This document shows, piece by piece, positions 1-11,825 of a stretch of DNA of 64,000 nucleotides. How positions within the stretch are numbered: position 1 is the stretch's first letter; each line of letters starts with the position of its first letter. The notes beneath the pieces are model-generated. The model was not told the origin of the DNA and did not search any database. It saw nothing but the letters and a program-made list of their open reading frames with translations. Both the position numbers and the translations under genes were made by a program. The stretch is from Octopus sinensis (taxonomy: Eukaryota). The stretch lies in the NCBI RefSeq assembly GCF_006345805.1, contig NC_043009.1, forward strand, positions 18,600,001-18,664,000, read 5' to 3'.

Positions 1-278
1 GGTCGTTTAATTTACCTCAATTGATCAATAGACCAGTTGAATAAACCTATCACTAATGTATCGATAATGACTACTGGAAACAGTTGTAAGCGAAATTTAC
101 TCTAATAATGGAAAAATATGTAATGACCATATTTTATTTGTGTACTGGACATTTTCAATGTTTTGCTATTGAACATTTTGTAAAACAAAAAAAAAATTGT
201 GCATGTTCATTTATGTTGTGATTACATTTTTTTTTTTGAGTTGTCATACTTTGTGCCACATCTTGTGGGTTATCGGTA

Positions 279-449
279 GCCATCTTGCTTCTGGCGCCAC
301 AACAATCTTTCTATTTTTGTGCTTCCGCACTCGAGGGGGAGACTTGTAGTGACGCCTGGTTCCAAACGCCATTTTGGGATTTTCATCCACGCATGCGCAA
401 GGATTAGTCTTCCGGAAGGCCTACCGGAAGTCCCTTATGCACATGCGCA
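279..449. promoter_or_regulatory. GC-richer motif cluster (YY1, NRF1, ETS-like), candidate internal promoter
   Basis: GCCATCTTG 279-287, CGCCATTTTG 367-376, ACGCATGCGCA 389-399, TTCCGGAAG 410-418, ACCGGAAGT 423-431 and TGCACATGCGCA 438-449 lie in a CpG-containing patch within AT-rich DNA. Confidence 0.4.
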
Positions 450-766
450 GTCATCAGCAGCAGCTAGACTTGACCGCTATTCTCTCTCTTCGCTCCGGCC
501 GCCAACCGAGACGGATGCAACTGGGACCAGCTATGTGGAACTGGAATTCTGATGGCGAGCGACGTTGCGAGTCTGTGAATGCCTTCGTATTTTGTGTCTG
601 ACTACTAACTCTGCTGCTTCCACCCACAAGGCGACCAGGCTACCGATGTCCAGAGATGAAATGCTTATTTCGGCGAAATAAATTATTATTGTTATTTGTT
701 CAGAGATTCTTATCCGCACTATTTTCCTTTCTACAACTCTGTAAGGAATTGTGAGGCACCCAACCA

Positions 767-1930
767 GTGCCAACCTCACTTCCTACAAATTCAAACAAAA
801 GGAAAAATGAAAAGATAGTTAATAACCAAGTTCAAAATTCTCTTATAGTTAATAGAAATGAGGATGTAGTATTCTTTAATAAAATCTCAAATTCTTTTAA
901 TATAAAAACAACTAAAAGATTTAAAGATGAAATAAACGCTAACTTTAATATGGATCGAAATCAGAGAATACTTACTCCTTCGAAAAACGGGTTTAAACAT
1001 CAAGATTATGATTTTAACTCGAAAAACACTTTATGGCTAATTATTCCATTTAGTAAACAAGTAAATTATGATTTTTCCAAATTGTTCAATATAGCAATTG
1101 AAAAATATTTTCCAATAAATGATAGATATCATAGAATTTTTAATAAACATAAGTTCTACATAGTTTATTGCAACAGCAAAAATATTGCACAAATTATAGC
1201 AACACATAACGTAAAAGTAATATCGAGATTTCAAAAAGGCTATTCTAATCAGAATAGCTTAGTAAATATTCAGGATAATTATATCAAATGGAATAAAAAT
1301 AAAATTCAAATAGAAGAGAACTCTAAGAATTTAAAAGCCGCTGAAAGGGAAATAGCCCAGTATAACAGAGTTAATAACGTTGTATCGAATAAAAAGCCAG
1401 CTTGAAATAGAACAAAGATAACGTTATCCAAAACAATAAATAGTAATAAAGAACTTTATAGAAATGAATTTGATTTTACCATGAATGATCGAATTAAAAC
1501 TAAATCTGAGAGAAATATAAAAAAATTATCTTTGCAATTGTTCTAAATGGGAATTCTGTTATATGAAAAACAAATGTAAGACTAAATATGTAATATATAG
1601 ATGTTAAGTTACATGTGAGGGTAATGAATACTTTTACATTGTGCAACATCACTAATTTTCAAGAAGAGACTGGCAAATCATTTTTAGTTCATTTAGAGAT
1701 AAAAATAAAAGATTCCAAACAAGTCTTAGTAAATTAATCTGGTTTATTAAAGACAGAAACAAATACTATACGATCAATTGGGAATTAATTTGTACTGAAA
1801 AACCATACAGACCTGGAACTAAAAAAATTGTGACCTATGTTGAGAAGAATTTTACCAAATTTTTATATCTAAGAGTAATGTAGTAAATTCTAGACAGGAA
1901 CAAACTTTGAGATGCGTGCACATGAATAGA
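767..1930 (+). mobile_element. Penelope-like (Naiad-like) element relic: thumb/linker region plus GIY-YIG endonuclease, no RT seen
   Basis: ORF 767-1405 contains LWLIIPFSKQV..F...IEKYFP.NDRYHRIFNKH.F.I.YCNSKNIAQII.THN, which resembles the PLE linker IIWFNPPFS..IDKHFP..HKIFNRN..SYSC..N..II..HN. From 1533 a broken frame reads CNCSKWEFC..C..VIY..YFYI..FKKRLANH..SFRD..QTSLSKLIW..INWE..PY..CDLC..RCVH, a GIY-YIG with the Cys/His pattern of Naiad-type PLEs. Confidence 0.75.
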
Positions 1931-2447
1931 ATGTTTTCAAATAATGGACTATAAGTGATTATACGTTCAAAACTTGAATTGAAGATAGTTCGCGTCTAAC
2001 TTAACGAACAACTCTACATCATACAACGCAGAGTAGATAAACGAAAACATTTTAAACAGTTAAATCGAAGGATAATAAAGTAAAGATCTGGAATAAACTG
2101 CATCGGTATTATAGTATGGTTGCAATTGAAACGGTTACCAATCGGTACGATTGAAACAAGTGTAGATCTATGTGAAGCTGTGTATATAAAAAAGAATTAA
2201 AGGTAATGCCATGTCACTTCGTAATAATCCTTATTATGATTATTATTGTTGTTGATATATACTCTTGGAAACCTACATGATAAGGTAATATACTCAGAAT
2301 TATCCAACGGAATATATCTATAAATTCTTATCACATGAGAATATTATTGGATTTATATATTAACTGTTAAATAACCTATTTTGAATACCTAACTGAGAGC
2401 AAACCCGTCGACGTTTAGAGTAATCCCTTACTATTTACACACACACA

Positions 2448-2494
<47 letters not shown>

Positions 2495-2522
2495 GCTATG
2501 TATATAAGTTATATACCACAAA

Positions 2523-2666
2523 CGCGTAGCTGAGTGGTAAATAATTTTCCTTCTCAACCACATGGTTCCGAGTTCAGTCCCACTTCGTGGTATCTTCTAC
2601 TGTGGCCTCGGGCTGACCAAAGCCTTGTGAGTGGATTTGATAGACGGAAACTGAAAGAAGCCCGTC

Positions 2667-2668
<2 letters not shown>
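2523..2668 (+). mobile_element. tRNA-derived SINE family A, 5' part, followed by (TG)n
   Basis: A-box-like TAGCTGAGTGG, B-box-like GAGTTCAGTCCC, then CCAAAGCCTTGTGAGTGGATTTG..GGAAACTGAAAGAAGCCCGTC, which is shared with more than 10 copies in the window. Confidence 0.85.
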
Positions 2669-2739
<71 letters not shown>

Positions 2740-2747
2740 TGTGTGTG

Positions 2748-3956
2748 AGGTCATCCCGTAAGTAATGTCCGGATTTGGGGTAAGGAAAAAGTGTTCTAAT
2801 TTTACATTTAATCAAATTTAATCCTGTATATAATTGCCATCATTATCGACGACTTCTTTCCATCTACTCATCACTTTTAAAATTCAATTGGTGAAAAACT
2901 CTTTTGGTTTTGATGAGATGGAAGAGAGGTTAGTTTCGACCTCGTTGGGGCTTTTGAGTATTAATCCGTCTAAATGATTCAGTAAGCTTCGAAACAAATG
3001 GCAATCAGAAGGAGAGAGGCCTGGGGAATAAGGAGGGTAAGGGATTTTTTCCCAGCCAAGTTCTTTTATTTTTTTTCTTATGCAATCTTTGCAGTGTGGA
3101 GCCTTGCATTATCATGATAAGACACCATTCCCTTATGATTCGACAAAGCAGGCCATTTTTTCTTCAAAACAGCATCCAAACGCTCTAACTTTTGGCAATA
3201 GGTATGAGCAGTAATTGTTGCATTAGTTGGTAGCAGCTCAAAGTGGATAACTCCAATGCAATCCTGCCAAACAGAAAGAAGAACCTTTTGCATGGAGGTC
3301 TTTTTTGGATTGTCATTTAGCCTGTTCTCTACAACTCTCATCGCTTAACATTTTCATAAAAAATCAGTTTTTCCTCGCTTATCACTAATCTGTCCAAAGG
3401 TAGAGAGATACGTTCACGGAAGTGAAGAGATGAGCAGATGTCCACTGGTGATTTTCCGAGTTTGGGCACCTTTCCAAGATGGCGGTGAACCGCTGAATGG
3501 CTTGAATTGAGTTTGCAACTGACACAGCATTATCCTTCTCAAGCTCTGAAAAAAGAAGCTCATTATCAAATTCAACAGGGCATCCTATTCGTGACCTCTC
3601 TCTTAGGCTGAAATCACCATTTTTGCACTTTGCAAACCATCTTCTACAACTTTTTTCGTTTAAGCACTCTTCCCCGTAAACAGAATGAGTATTTCGGGTT
3701 GCTTCTACTGCACTGTTTCCCTTTTTTGACTCATAAAGCATTGTATGCCTTAAATGATTCTTCGATACGTCCATATTTGAGGGGTTAATATTAGTAATTA
3801 ATTCAGCCAGATTATTCTGTAAAAAGAGATTATATTAAGTTAAAGGTTTCCAAATTTATATGAGTATCAATCAATCTCATTTGACATTTCAGAGTACAGT
3901 AAAATTTGATAGAAATTACACACATGATGTTTCGGACATCATTTTTGGGATGATCT
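2748..3956 (-). mobile_element. Tc1/mariner DNA transposon, decayed, near full length
   Basis: N-terminal HTH region MDVSKNHLRHTMLYE.KKG.SA.EATRN..VYGE (3385-3774). Catalytic region KVLLSVWQD..GVIHFELL..HDNAR.H (3078-3341), then PYPPYSPGLSPSDCHLFRSL near 2990-3045. Degenerate TIRs: AGGTCATCCCGTAAGTAATGTCCGGA versus the reverse complement of 3931-3956, AGATCATCCCAAAAATGATGTCCGAA. Confidence 0.9.
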
Positions 3957-3957
3957 G

Positions 3958-3990
<33 letters not shown>

Positions 3991-4667
3991 CATCCACAGA
4001 TACAAGCAGTACCTGAGAAAATTCCACGGCCCATTTTGTGGTGCCGTGTAGTCATAAACATCTCCCTATTCGTAAATATCTTGTCATTTATTTTATAGTC
4101 CTTTGATTAATTTCTGAGAAACCTTACCCATCCTCCTCGGTCAGGTTTTCTCTTCTAGTCCGTTTTCTCATTCTGGTTTATGCAAAATATTCTTGACTAT
4201 GGTCATCGTTCATACTTTACCCCTTTTCTTCATTCACAATTATCCTTTTAGCTCCAGCTTCATCGTTCGTCATATGATACCTTCTAGCTTCATTTCTTGC
4301 GTTCAGTTCATTTTATTCGTTCTGACTTAATGCTTCTCGTTTTTCCTGATTCTCTTTTCTTTATTCCCAAATTTTTATTTCCTCACTTCACATCTTCCCC
4401 TTGTCTTACCCTGTAACTTTTCTTCCTCTTTCAATTCATTTCTCGCTATCGGGCTCTACAATCGTTGTCTGCCGTAACATACCAAACTCCGTTTCGGTAA
4501 TAAAATAATTTAAGAAGCACTTAATATACTATTGTTGGTACTTTTATACATTTTACGGAGAAAGAAACATGACTATTAATACATGTTGGTAAAACTCTGT
4601 CTAAACTATACTTGCACAAATTTATGAAGAGATTTAGGAACACTGTTATCAATATATAAATAGTTGA

Positions 4668-4878
4668 AGGCGGCAACCTGGCAGAATCTTTAGCAAGCAG
4701 GGAAAAAGGCTTAGCGGTATTACCTTTGCCTTTACGTTCTGAGTTCAAATTCCGCCGAGGTCGACTATGCCTTTCATCCTTTCGGGCTTGATAAAATAAG
4801 CACCAGTTGAGTAGTGGCTTGAGGTAATCGAATTATCCCCTCCCCGAACTTACTGGCCTTGTGCTAAAATTCAAAATC
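4668..4878 (+). mobile_element. tRNA-derived SINE family B
   Basis: GGCGGC..CTGGCAGAATC.TTAG head, GAGTTCAAATTCC B-box and GAGGTCGAC..GCCTTTCATCCTTTCGGG body. Copies at 10760, 19655, 39405, 48035 and 61310. Confidence 0.85.
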
Positions 4879-5929
4879 GATATATAGATAGTTGGATAAA
4901 CCCCATTTCCAATACATAACATTATACAAAATTTACGAACAAAGTTAGGAATAAGGTTATTAGTATATGGATAGTTAAGGAAACTATGAATTAATGACAT
5001 ACCAATACACACATTTTACGAAGGAAGTTAGGAATACGGCTATAAATATATACATGATAGAATAGATCGATGTTCAGTTTTATCATCAATGACTTGCTCT
5101 AAGACGCATGCGTTAAATCATTAGGTGAATAGTATGCGTGTGAGTGAGAGAGAAAGTCAAATAAATGTGAGAGGCACGTGCACACATACACACATATAGG
5201 AGTGTTGATGGTGTACGCACATTTACACATACCATCACCAACTCTCTCTCTCTCTCACACACACACACATACACACACACATACACAGCTAATTATGTGT
5301 GTATGTGTGTGTGCGCACGCGCTCATCACTAATAGCACAAACACTTTTACCAATACTTTTCCACTGCGTGACAGATTCTTTTACACCACAGGAATCTATC
5401 ATTAGCATTTCAGTATAATAGATATGTACGTGTTTTTGCTTATATGCATATCTTTATACCCCTACACACACGCATAAAAAAATGTTTATCCACTCATATT
5501 ACACATGCATACACAACACACGCACACGTACGTATGTGAGTGTGTATAAAACGGTTCTCCCCTTCACCAATCTGTTTGCCGCGCAATATTCCTGTGAGAA
5601 AATACATAAGACATTCGATATAAAGAAAGTTTCAATAATAAGAGGAAATTACCAACGCATATACATAAAGACAACCATCACCAGTGCATACACATATGCA
5701 TACACTTAAACCTAAAAACACAGGCTGACACACATACAAAAAAGGATCGGCTTTTCGCTCTAAGCTTTGGGACAGCCAGACTAAGTCAACAACAGAAGAG
5801 TAACTGGGCTTTTTGAATGCCTGCATTTTGTGTGCAACTAACAGGCAACTGACTTTAATCATTGCAGTTCTCTGTAAACAGCTGAGGAAACCTCTTTTCT
5901 CAAACATCCTCACTCTCTCGCCCCCTCCT

Positions 5930-6525
5930 GTCTCTCACTAACCAGCACATGCATACAGAGGCAAGTACACTACCTCACATACAGACACACGTACACTTCC
6001 TCAGACACACACCCACCCACACACATAGAGGCACACACACGGTTTTCCACATAATACAAGTCTTACCGATGTAGCCCACCAGTTTCCTTGGATTATTTTT
6101 TTAACACCCAATTCCTAATAGTCTAATTCTCTCACCCCAACTCTTTCTCTCTCTTTCTCTCTCTTTCCTCCTCTCTCTCTCTCTCTCTCTCACCTTTTTA
6201 AACGAACATACACACTCTCTTCTCTGTGTCCCACTAGCTGTCAGCCACCTGTTCACTATTCTTCTGTCGAATTCCCTCTCTTTCTCGTTTTCACTTACGT
6301 CCACAGTCTCCACAGTCTCTCTGAGCGCCATCCACCCTTTCTAAATACCTCTCTGTAATTCTCCCTTTCGCTCAATTCCTCGCCTAATTCTCTCTCTATT
6401 TCTCTCTTTCTCGTATACAAACCAGTACACTCTCTTCCTGTGCCTCATTAGCTATCAGCCACCCTCTCTCAATTCTACTATCTAACTCTCTCTCAACTTG
6501 TCTCATGCACATACACACACACACA

Positions 6526-6616
<91 letters not shown>

Positions 6617-6763
6617 GCACACACACACACACATTCTTACACACACACACATTCTTACACACATTCGCTCTCAATTCTTGTCTAATTATCTCTCCAGCCT
6701 CCTCTCTCCTCATTCAGTGTGTGTGTACCCAACTGTCAGCCACAGTCTCTCAATTTCTTGTCT

Positions 6764-6823
<60 letters not shown>

Positions 6824-7010
6824 GAAACATGCTCACTCTCTTTTTCTCTCTCTGTCCTAGTAGCTATCAACCACCCCTTCTCAATTATGCAATCAAATTC
6901 TCTGTCCTCGTCACTCTCATACACAAACATTTACACATCTCTTTTTGTGTCCCGCTAGCTTTCAGCCACACTCTCACACATTTCTCATCTAATTCACTCA
7001 CACATACAAA
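5930..7010 (+). repeat. CT/CA low-complexity array with a recurring TAGCTRTCAGCCAC motif
   Basis: (CT)n and (CA)n tracts. Motif variants near 6235, 6449, 6731, 6861 and 6956. Confidence 0.7.
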
Positions 7011-7489
7011 AACAGGCATGCGTACAGCAGAAATCTGCCAATATTTCATTTATTTACAGTTGACAACACGTGCAGTCACGCACAAAATGACAGCTTTCAA
7101 ATTGTTTTCTGACTGGGTAAAAATGATCAAACTTTAAACCTCTGTAACTTTTTTTTTTAAGTTTCTGAAAAAAGTGAATTGGCCCCTGAGATTCAGCGTG
7201 GAAAATTAAATCAATACACCAAATTTTAAAATTTTCACTAAACTTTAAAATTTCCACAGGTGCAACCAAACAGAAAAGATCCCACTTTTTAATTTAAAGC
7301 AGATTTTACTTGTAGACTTCTTTGATTCCTGTTTTGATTCCTGGCGGACTCCATAGCTCTTTGATGTTTGAAAACTAGTTTTATAGATACTTCTTTCAAA
7401 ATTCCTATTTTGCTTATCACACATTCACTTGCGTAGGGTTGGACTATGTAAATCATTAAAGAAAGAAACTTATTTCTAGCAAATTTTTT

Positions 7490-7612
7490 TCATAGACCCT
7501 TAAAATAATACTGCAGACCCAATTTATTTTTTTGCTTGCGTGGAATCCCCCACCCCTACCCAATCTTATTATGGACCCTTAGAGGTCATACAGACCCCGG
7601 TTGAGAATCACT
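7490..7612 (-). mobile_element. hAT-like terminal fragment
   Basis: Ends CCCCGGTTGAGAATCACTG (reverse complement CAGTGATTCTCAACCGGGG, a Charlie-type TIR) with repeated GACCC subterminal motifs. Partner end not found. Confidence 0.5.
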
Positions 7613-7817
7613 GATTTTGAGTAAAGTTTGACCGGCCACCTATTTAGTAGCAATCTTGTTTCAACTGTCAACCTTTAAATCTTATGGTCTCGCGGATTTT
7701 TATAGTCCCAGATATCGTGATATAGCATATGAATTAGGAATTTATATTCTCTCTCCAAGATTCCAAGTCCAGCCATATTTTGCTCCAGCCGAGCTGGTAT
7801 GTATCCTGTTGCTCCAA

Positions 7818-7888
7818 TAATGATAATAATAGTAGTAGTAGTAGTAGTAATAATAATAATAATAATGATAATAATAATAATAATAATG

Positions 7889-7938
<50 letters not shown>

Positions 7939-7964
7939 TATAATAATAATAATTATAATAATAA
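7818..7964 (+). repeat. (AAT)n/(AGT)n microsatellite
   Basis: Read directly from the sequence. Confidence 0.95.
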
Positions 7965-8480
7965 TAGATGCAAATAGGCCAGATATCATATTGAAAGACT
8001 TCTGGCAAAAATCATGCCTCCTCATTGATATGACTGTCGCAATCGATATAAACGTATCTGTCAAAACCTACCAAAAACTGAGCAAGTATAAAGATCTTGA
8101 AATAGAAATTGGCAAAATGGGGAATCTGAAGACTAAAACAATACCTGTTGTCATAGGTGCCCTGGGAATGATAGCAAAAGGGGCTGATTGCTACCTAGCT
8201 CAGATACCAGGAAACCTGCCAAAATGGCAGAAGTTCAAAAGATAGTGCTCGTGGGAACTGCCCATACTCTATGTAAAATACTGTCTATGTAATCTCCAAT
8301 TTAAAAACAAACTTATAATTTTTTTGTTTTCTTAAACACTCTGTAGAACAACACTATGTACAAAACCAAATATATGGCACCCTAGGCATAACCCCAACAT
8401 GAACTTCTAACTTGTCTCTTGGGGTCTCTGAGTGAGACTTGGAGCCAACTTGTACAATGCAAAGCAAAACTCAAATATAA
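7965..8480 (+). mobile_element. Dong/R4-type LINE 3' end (restriction-like endonuclease plus 3'UTR)
   Basis: NRPDIILKD..CLLID..V..D..K..KY.DLE.EI..IPVVIGALG..QKIVL.GTAH is the PD..D/KY REL motif. (AAT)n on both sides. Confidence 0.85.
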
Positions 8481-8499
8481 AATAATAATAATAATAATG

Positions 8500-8555
<56 letters not shown>

Positions 8556-8556
<1 letters not shown>

Positions 8557-8845
8557 TGGAGTTTGGGATCGCAAAATGTGCTACGATGATGATGAGACGA
8601 GGAAAGCTTGTCAGGAAGGCATAGGTTTGCCAAAGGGTGAGATGATGAAGGCATTTCAACCCTAATCCAGCTATAAGTACCTGGGAATACTTGAGGCAGA
8701 TGGAATTAAACACAACGACATAAAGGAAAAGACAAAAAGAGAGTACCTGCGGCGAATGAGAAAAATACTGATTTCAAGGCTGAATGCTAGAAACATAATT
8801 TTGGCAATAAACTCGCGCGCAGTCGCAGTAGTTTGGTATGGCTTA
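8556..8845 (+). mobile_element. Dong/R4-type LINE fragment (RT C-terminus/thumb)
   Basis: MEFGIAKCA..YKYLGILEADGI..EYLRRMRKIL.SRLNARN.I.AINSRAV. Starts directly after (AAT)n at 8480-8555. Confidence 0.8.
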
Positions 8846-8901
8846 CACCAGCCATCTTATTTCTATTTCAGGGGACACGTCTTGAATTTTTTTCCTGTCA
8901 C

Positions 8902-9155
<254 letters not shown>

Positions 9156-9159
9156 TTGG

Positions 9160-9450
9160 CGGAGATTTTTTGTTCTTGAATTGCATGGAGGTAACCTTCG
9201 ATGTAGGATGTCATAAACTCGTCGGAACTCCATGCGAAGCTTTTGACATGATGAATCGCGTCCATGGTTTGAGTTTTTTTTTTGCCAAGTACCTTGATGT
9301 TATGGGCATTTAACTGGTTAAGATACCTGTCGTTCCTTAGGAAATGTTCTCTATTTAGTAACAAGTATCTTCTTTCTACATTATTTCTCAGTCTCTTCGG
9401 TTTGAGGGCGGAGTGGAAGAATCCTCTTTTTACACATACTCATCAATATC
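9160..9450 (-). mobile_element. REL-type LINE fragment
   Basis: KSFAWSSDEFMTSYIEGYLHAIQEQ matches the W..EG...AxQ(D/E)Q motif found before the CCHC finger. Confidence 0.55.
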
Positions 9451-9459
9451 TCGTTATCA

Positions 9460-10110
9460 TGGGGTGTGATTCTGTCCCCTAATTCCCTAGTAGATTGGGG
9501 ATTCTTCTGCCGATGCCTGTGATTAGGTTCCTAATTATAGCAGGAATGGATGAGGCTTCTATAGATACAAACAGTTTTCTCATTAGAATTTCTGCAGGAG
9601 TAACACTCGCATGTCTTACATTCAGGAAAATCAACCTCTATTAAGTTGATGGCAATAGCTATAATTAGGCGGAAATCTTTGTAAATGTTTATAACACGCT
9701 TCCTAAACGTATTCATGTTGTGGCCATTCCATGTAGTCATTGTTATGACGTCATACACTGGTCATACACAGGACCGAACTGGGGAGTGTGTATGTATGTT
9801 TTTGTAAGGCAACCATGATAAATAACCCTATGATGTAATCCCCATCGTTGCTCCAGATGAAATCGTCGAACAATGGGTGAAACAAGAATGATGACTTCGT
9901 AGAGCTCATAGTGATTCTGACAAAGTTGTCACTAATTCTAGTAAATTCTTTGCCGGAGTGAAGGGCATTCAAGAGAAGGTATTTCGATATTAAACGGTGG
10001 AAAGTCACGATTTGAAACTGGGTGGATTTGCAAGTTGCTTTATTCTCGCTGCTGCCAAACCAGTTAATTAAAGTGGTGCTGCTATCCCATTTAATCAGGC
10101 CTGTGACCAT
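9460..10110 (-). mobile_element. Penelope-like (Naiad-like) reverse transcriptase relic
   Basis: KWDSSTTLINWF..QFQIVTFHRLIS..LLNAL..FT.IS resembles FDIVDFYPSIS..LL..AL. Then NG..MNTFRKRVI..YK.F.L.I.I..NL..VDF, and GIGRRI.NL (thumb). Confidence 0.7.
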
Positions 10111-10759
10111 CCTGATATACTGAGTAAATATCTTAATTTCTACTCTAAGATAATCCCTATTAACCTTGTAAGATATCCTATATTTGTAATCCTATTTCAT
10201 ATGAATAAATTATAGCCAAGAACTGAGATTTTCATATGCATCGTATTAGACATAAATTTCCAAGAACAAATTTCAGGAAGAAAATAAAACACGAACTAAG
10301 CAACATTAACCAGGCAACACAACGCATTCTTACTCGTACTAATACATACTTACTTGTACTAATACTGACAATAGATTAGTCTCCTCTGGAAAAAACACAT
10401 TTTTAGTAATGAAAAGAATAGCTGCTGAATTGGCTATTCTTCCAACACGTTTGCTTAAAGCAAGTTTAACCAGCGATATAACTGAATTGTGCAACCTTCT
10501 GGCGTTTGATTTTATTGAATTGTAAAAACAATATTTCGCATAAAATTTAGTAAAACATGTCAACAATAACTTGCAGATTTATTTCAAAGATTTATATTAA
10601 CTTAAAACACACATGTACACACACACACACACACACACACACAGAATATATTGGTTATAATTCAGCTTAGCATTTCGTGACTTCCATTTTCATATCTGTA
10701 GGGTATCCATAGAGAATTGTAACATTTATTTCATGAGATTTCTGTATTAACACTCCTTT

Positions 10760-10968
10760 CTACTCTAGGCACAAGGCCCGAAATTTTGGGGGAGAGGCCA
10801 GTCGATTAGATCGACCCCATGTATGCAACTGGAACTTAATTTATTGACTCTGAAAGGATGAAAGGCAAAGTCGACCTCGGCGAAATTTGAACTCAGAACG
10901 TAAAGACAGATGGAATACCGCTAAGAAATTTCGCCCGTCGTGCTAACGTTTCTGCCAGGTCGCCGCCT
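10760..10968 (-). mobile_element. SINE family B
   Basis: Reverse-complement homolog of 4668-4878. Confidence 0.85.
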
Positions 10969-11174
10969 TTTGCAGTATTAATTAATACACGTGGAATACA
11001 GTTCTGTCGCAACCGTTTATTTACTTGAAAGATGACTTGGACAATAAACTTGAAGTCATGAAGTATTAAGTTGGACTAACCAGTATATTAAACATTTATT
11101 CAACAAAGATATTGAATTAATTTTTATTTTGTTCGTAGGTTAATCATGCAATCATATTCATTACTAATCATATA

Positions 11175-11321
11175 CTCTTACTCTTACTCTTACTCTTACT
11201 TGTTTCAGTCATTTTACTGCGGCCATGCTGGAGCACCGCCTTTAGTCGGGCAAATCGACCCCGGGACTTATTCTTTGTAAGCCCAGTACTTATTCTATCG
11301 GTCTCTTTTTTTGCCGAACCG

Positions 11322-11322
<1 letters not shown>
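11175..11322 (-). mobile_element. SINE family A, 3' part with (CTCTTA)n tail
   Basis: Near identical to 23366-23470 and 46790-46920. Confidence 0.85.
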
Positions 11323-11369
<47 letters not shown>

Positions 11370-11660
11370 ACGTGGCTTAGTGACTAGGGGATTCTACTCA
11401 CGATCTTAAGTGTGTGAGTTTGATCCCAGGTGGTACGTTATGCCCTTGAGCAAGATGCCTTATTTCACGTTGCTCCAGTCTATTCAGGTGGCAAAAAAAA
11501 AACGAGTTGTACCTGTAATTCAAAAGGCCAGTCTTGTCACATTATGTGTCACGTTGAATCTCCCGTGAACTGCGTTTAGGGTGTGCGTGCTCGTGGAGTG
11601 CTCAACTACTTACACATTAATTTCACTAGCAGGCTGTTCCGGATCAATTAGAACACCGAT
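11370..11660 (+). mobile_element. tRNA-derived SINE family C
   Basis: TGGCTTAGTG A-box, GTTTGATCCC B-box and CTTGAGCAAGA..TTTCACGTTGCTCCAGTC core, shared with 21660-21900 (-). Confidence 0.75.
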
Positions 11661-11689
11661 GGACTGTTAGTTTATATATATATATATAT

Positions 11690-11820
<131 letters not shown>

Positions 11821-11825
11821 CATAT

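Noticed and set aside
1829-1848. In-frame TGA after CDLC as a selenocysteine codon (some Naiad PLEs encode Sec)
   Set aside because: It falls at the Leu position of CxLCL, not a Cys position, and the copy has other stops and frameshifts.
3078-3774. SETMAR-like host gene
   Set aside because: No SET domain. It is a broken transposase between TIRs.
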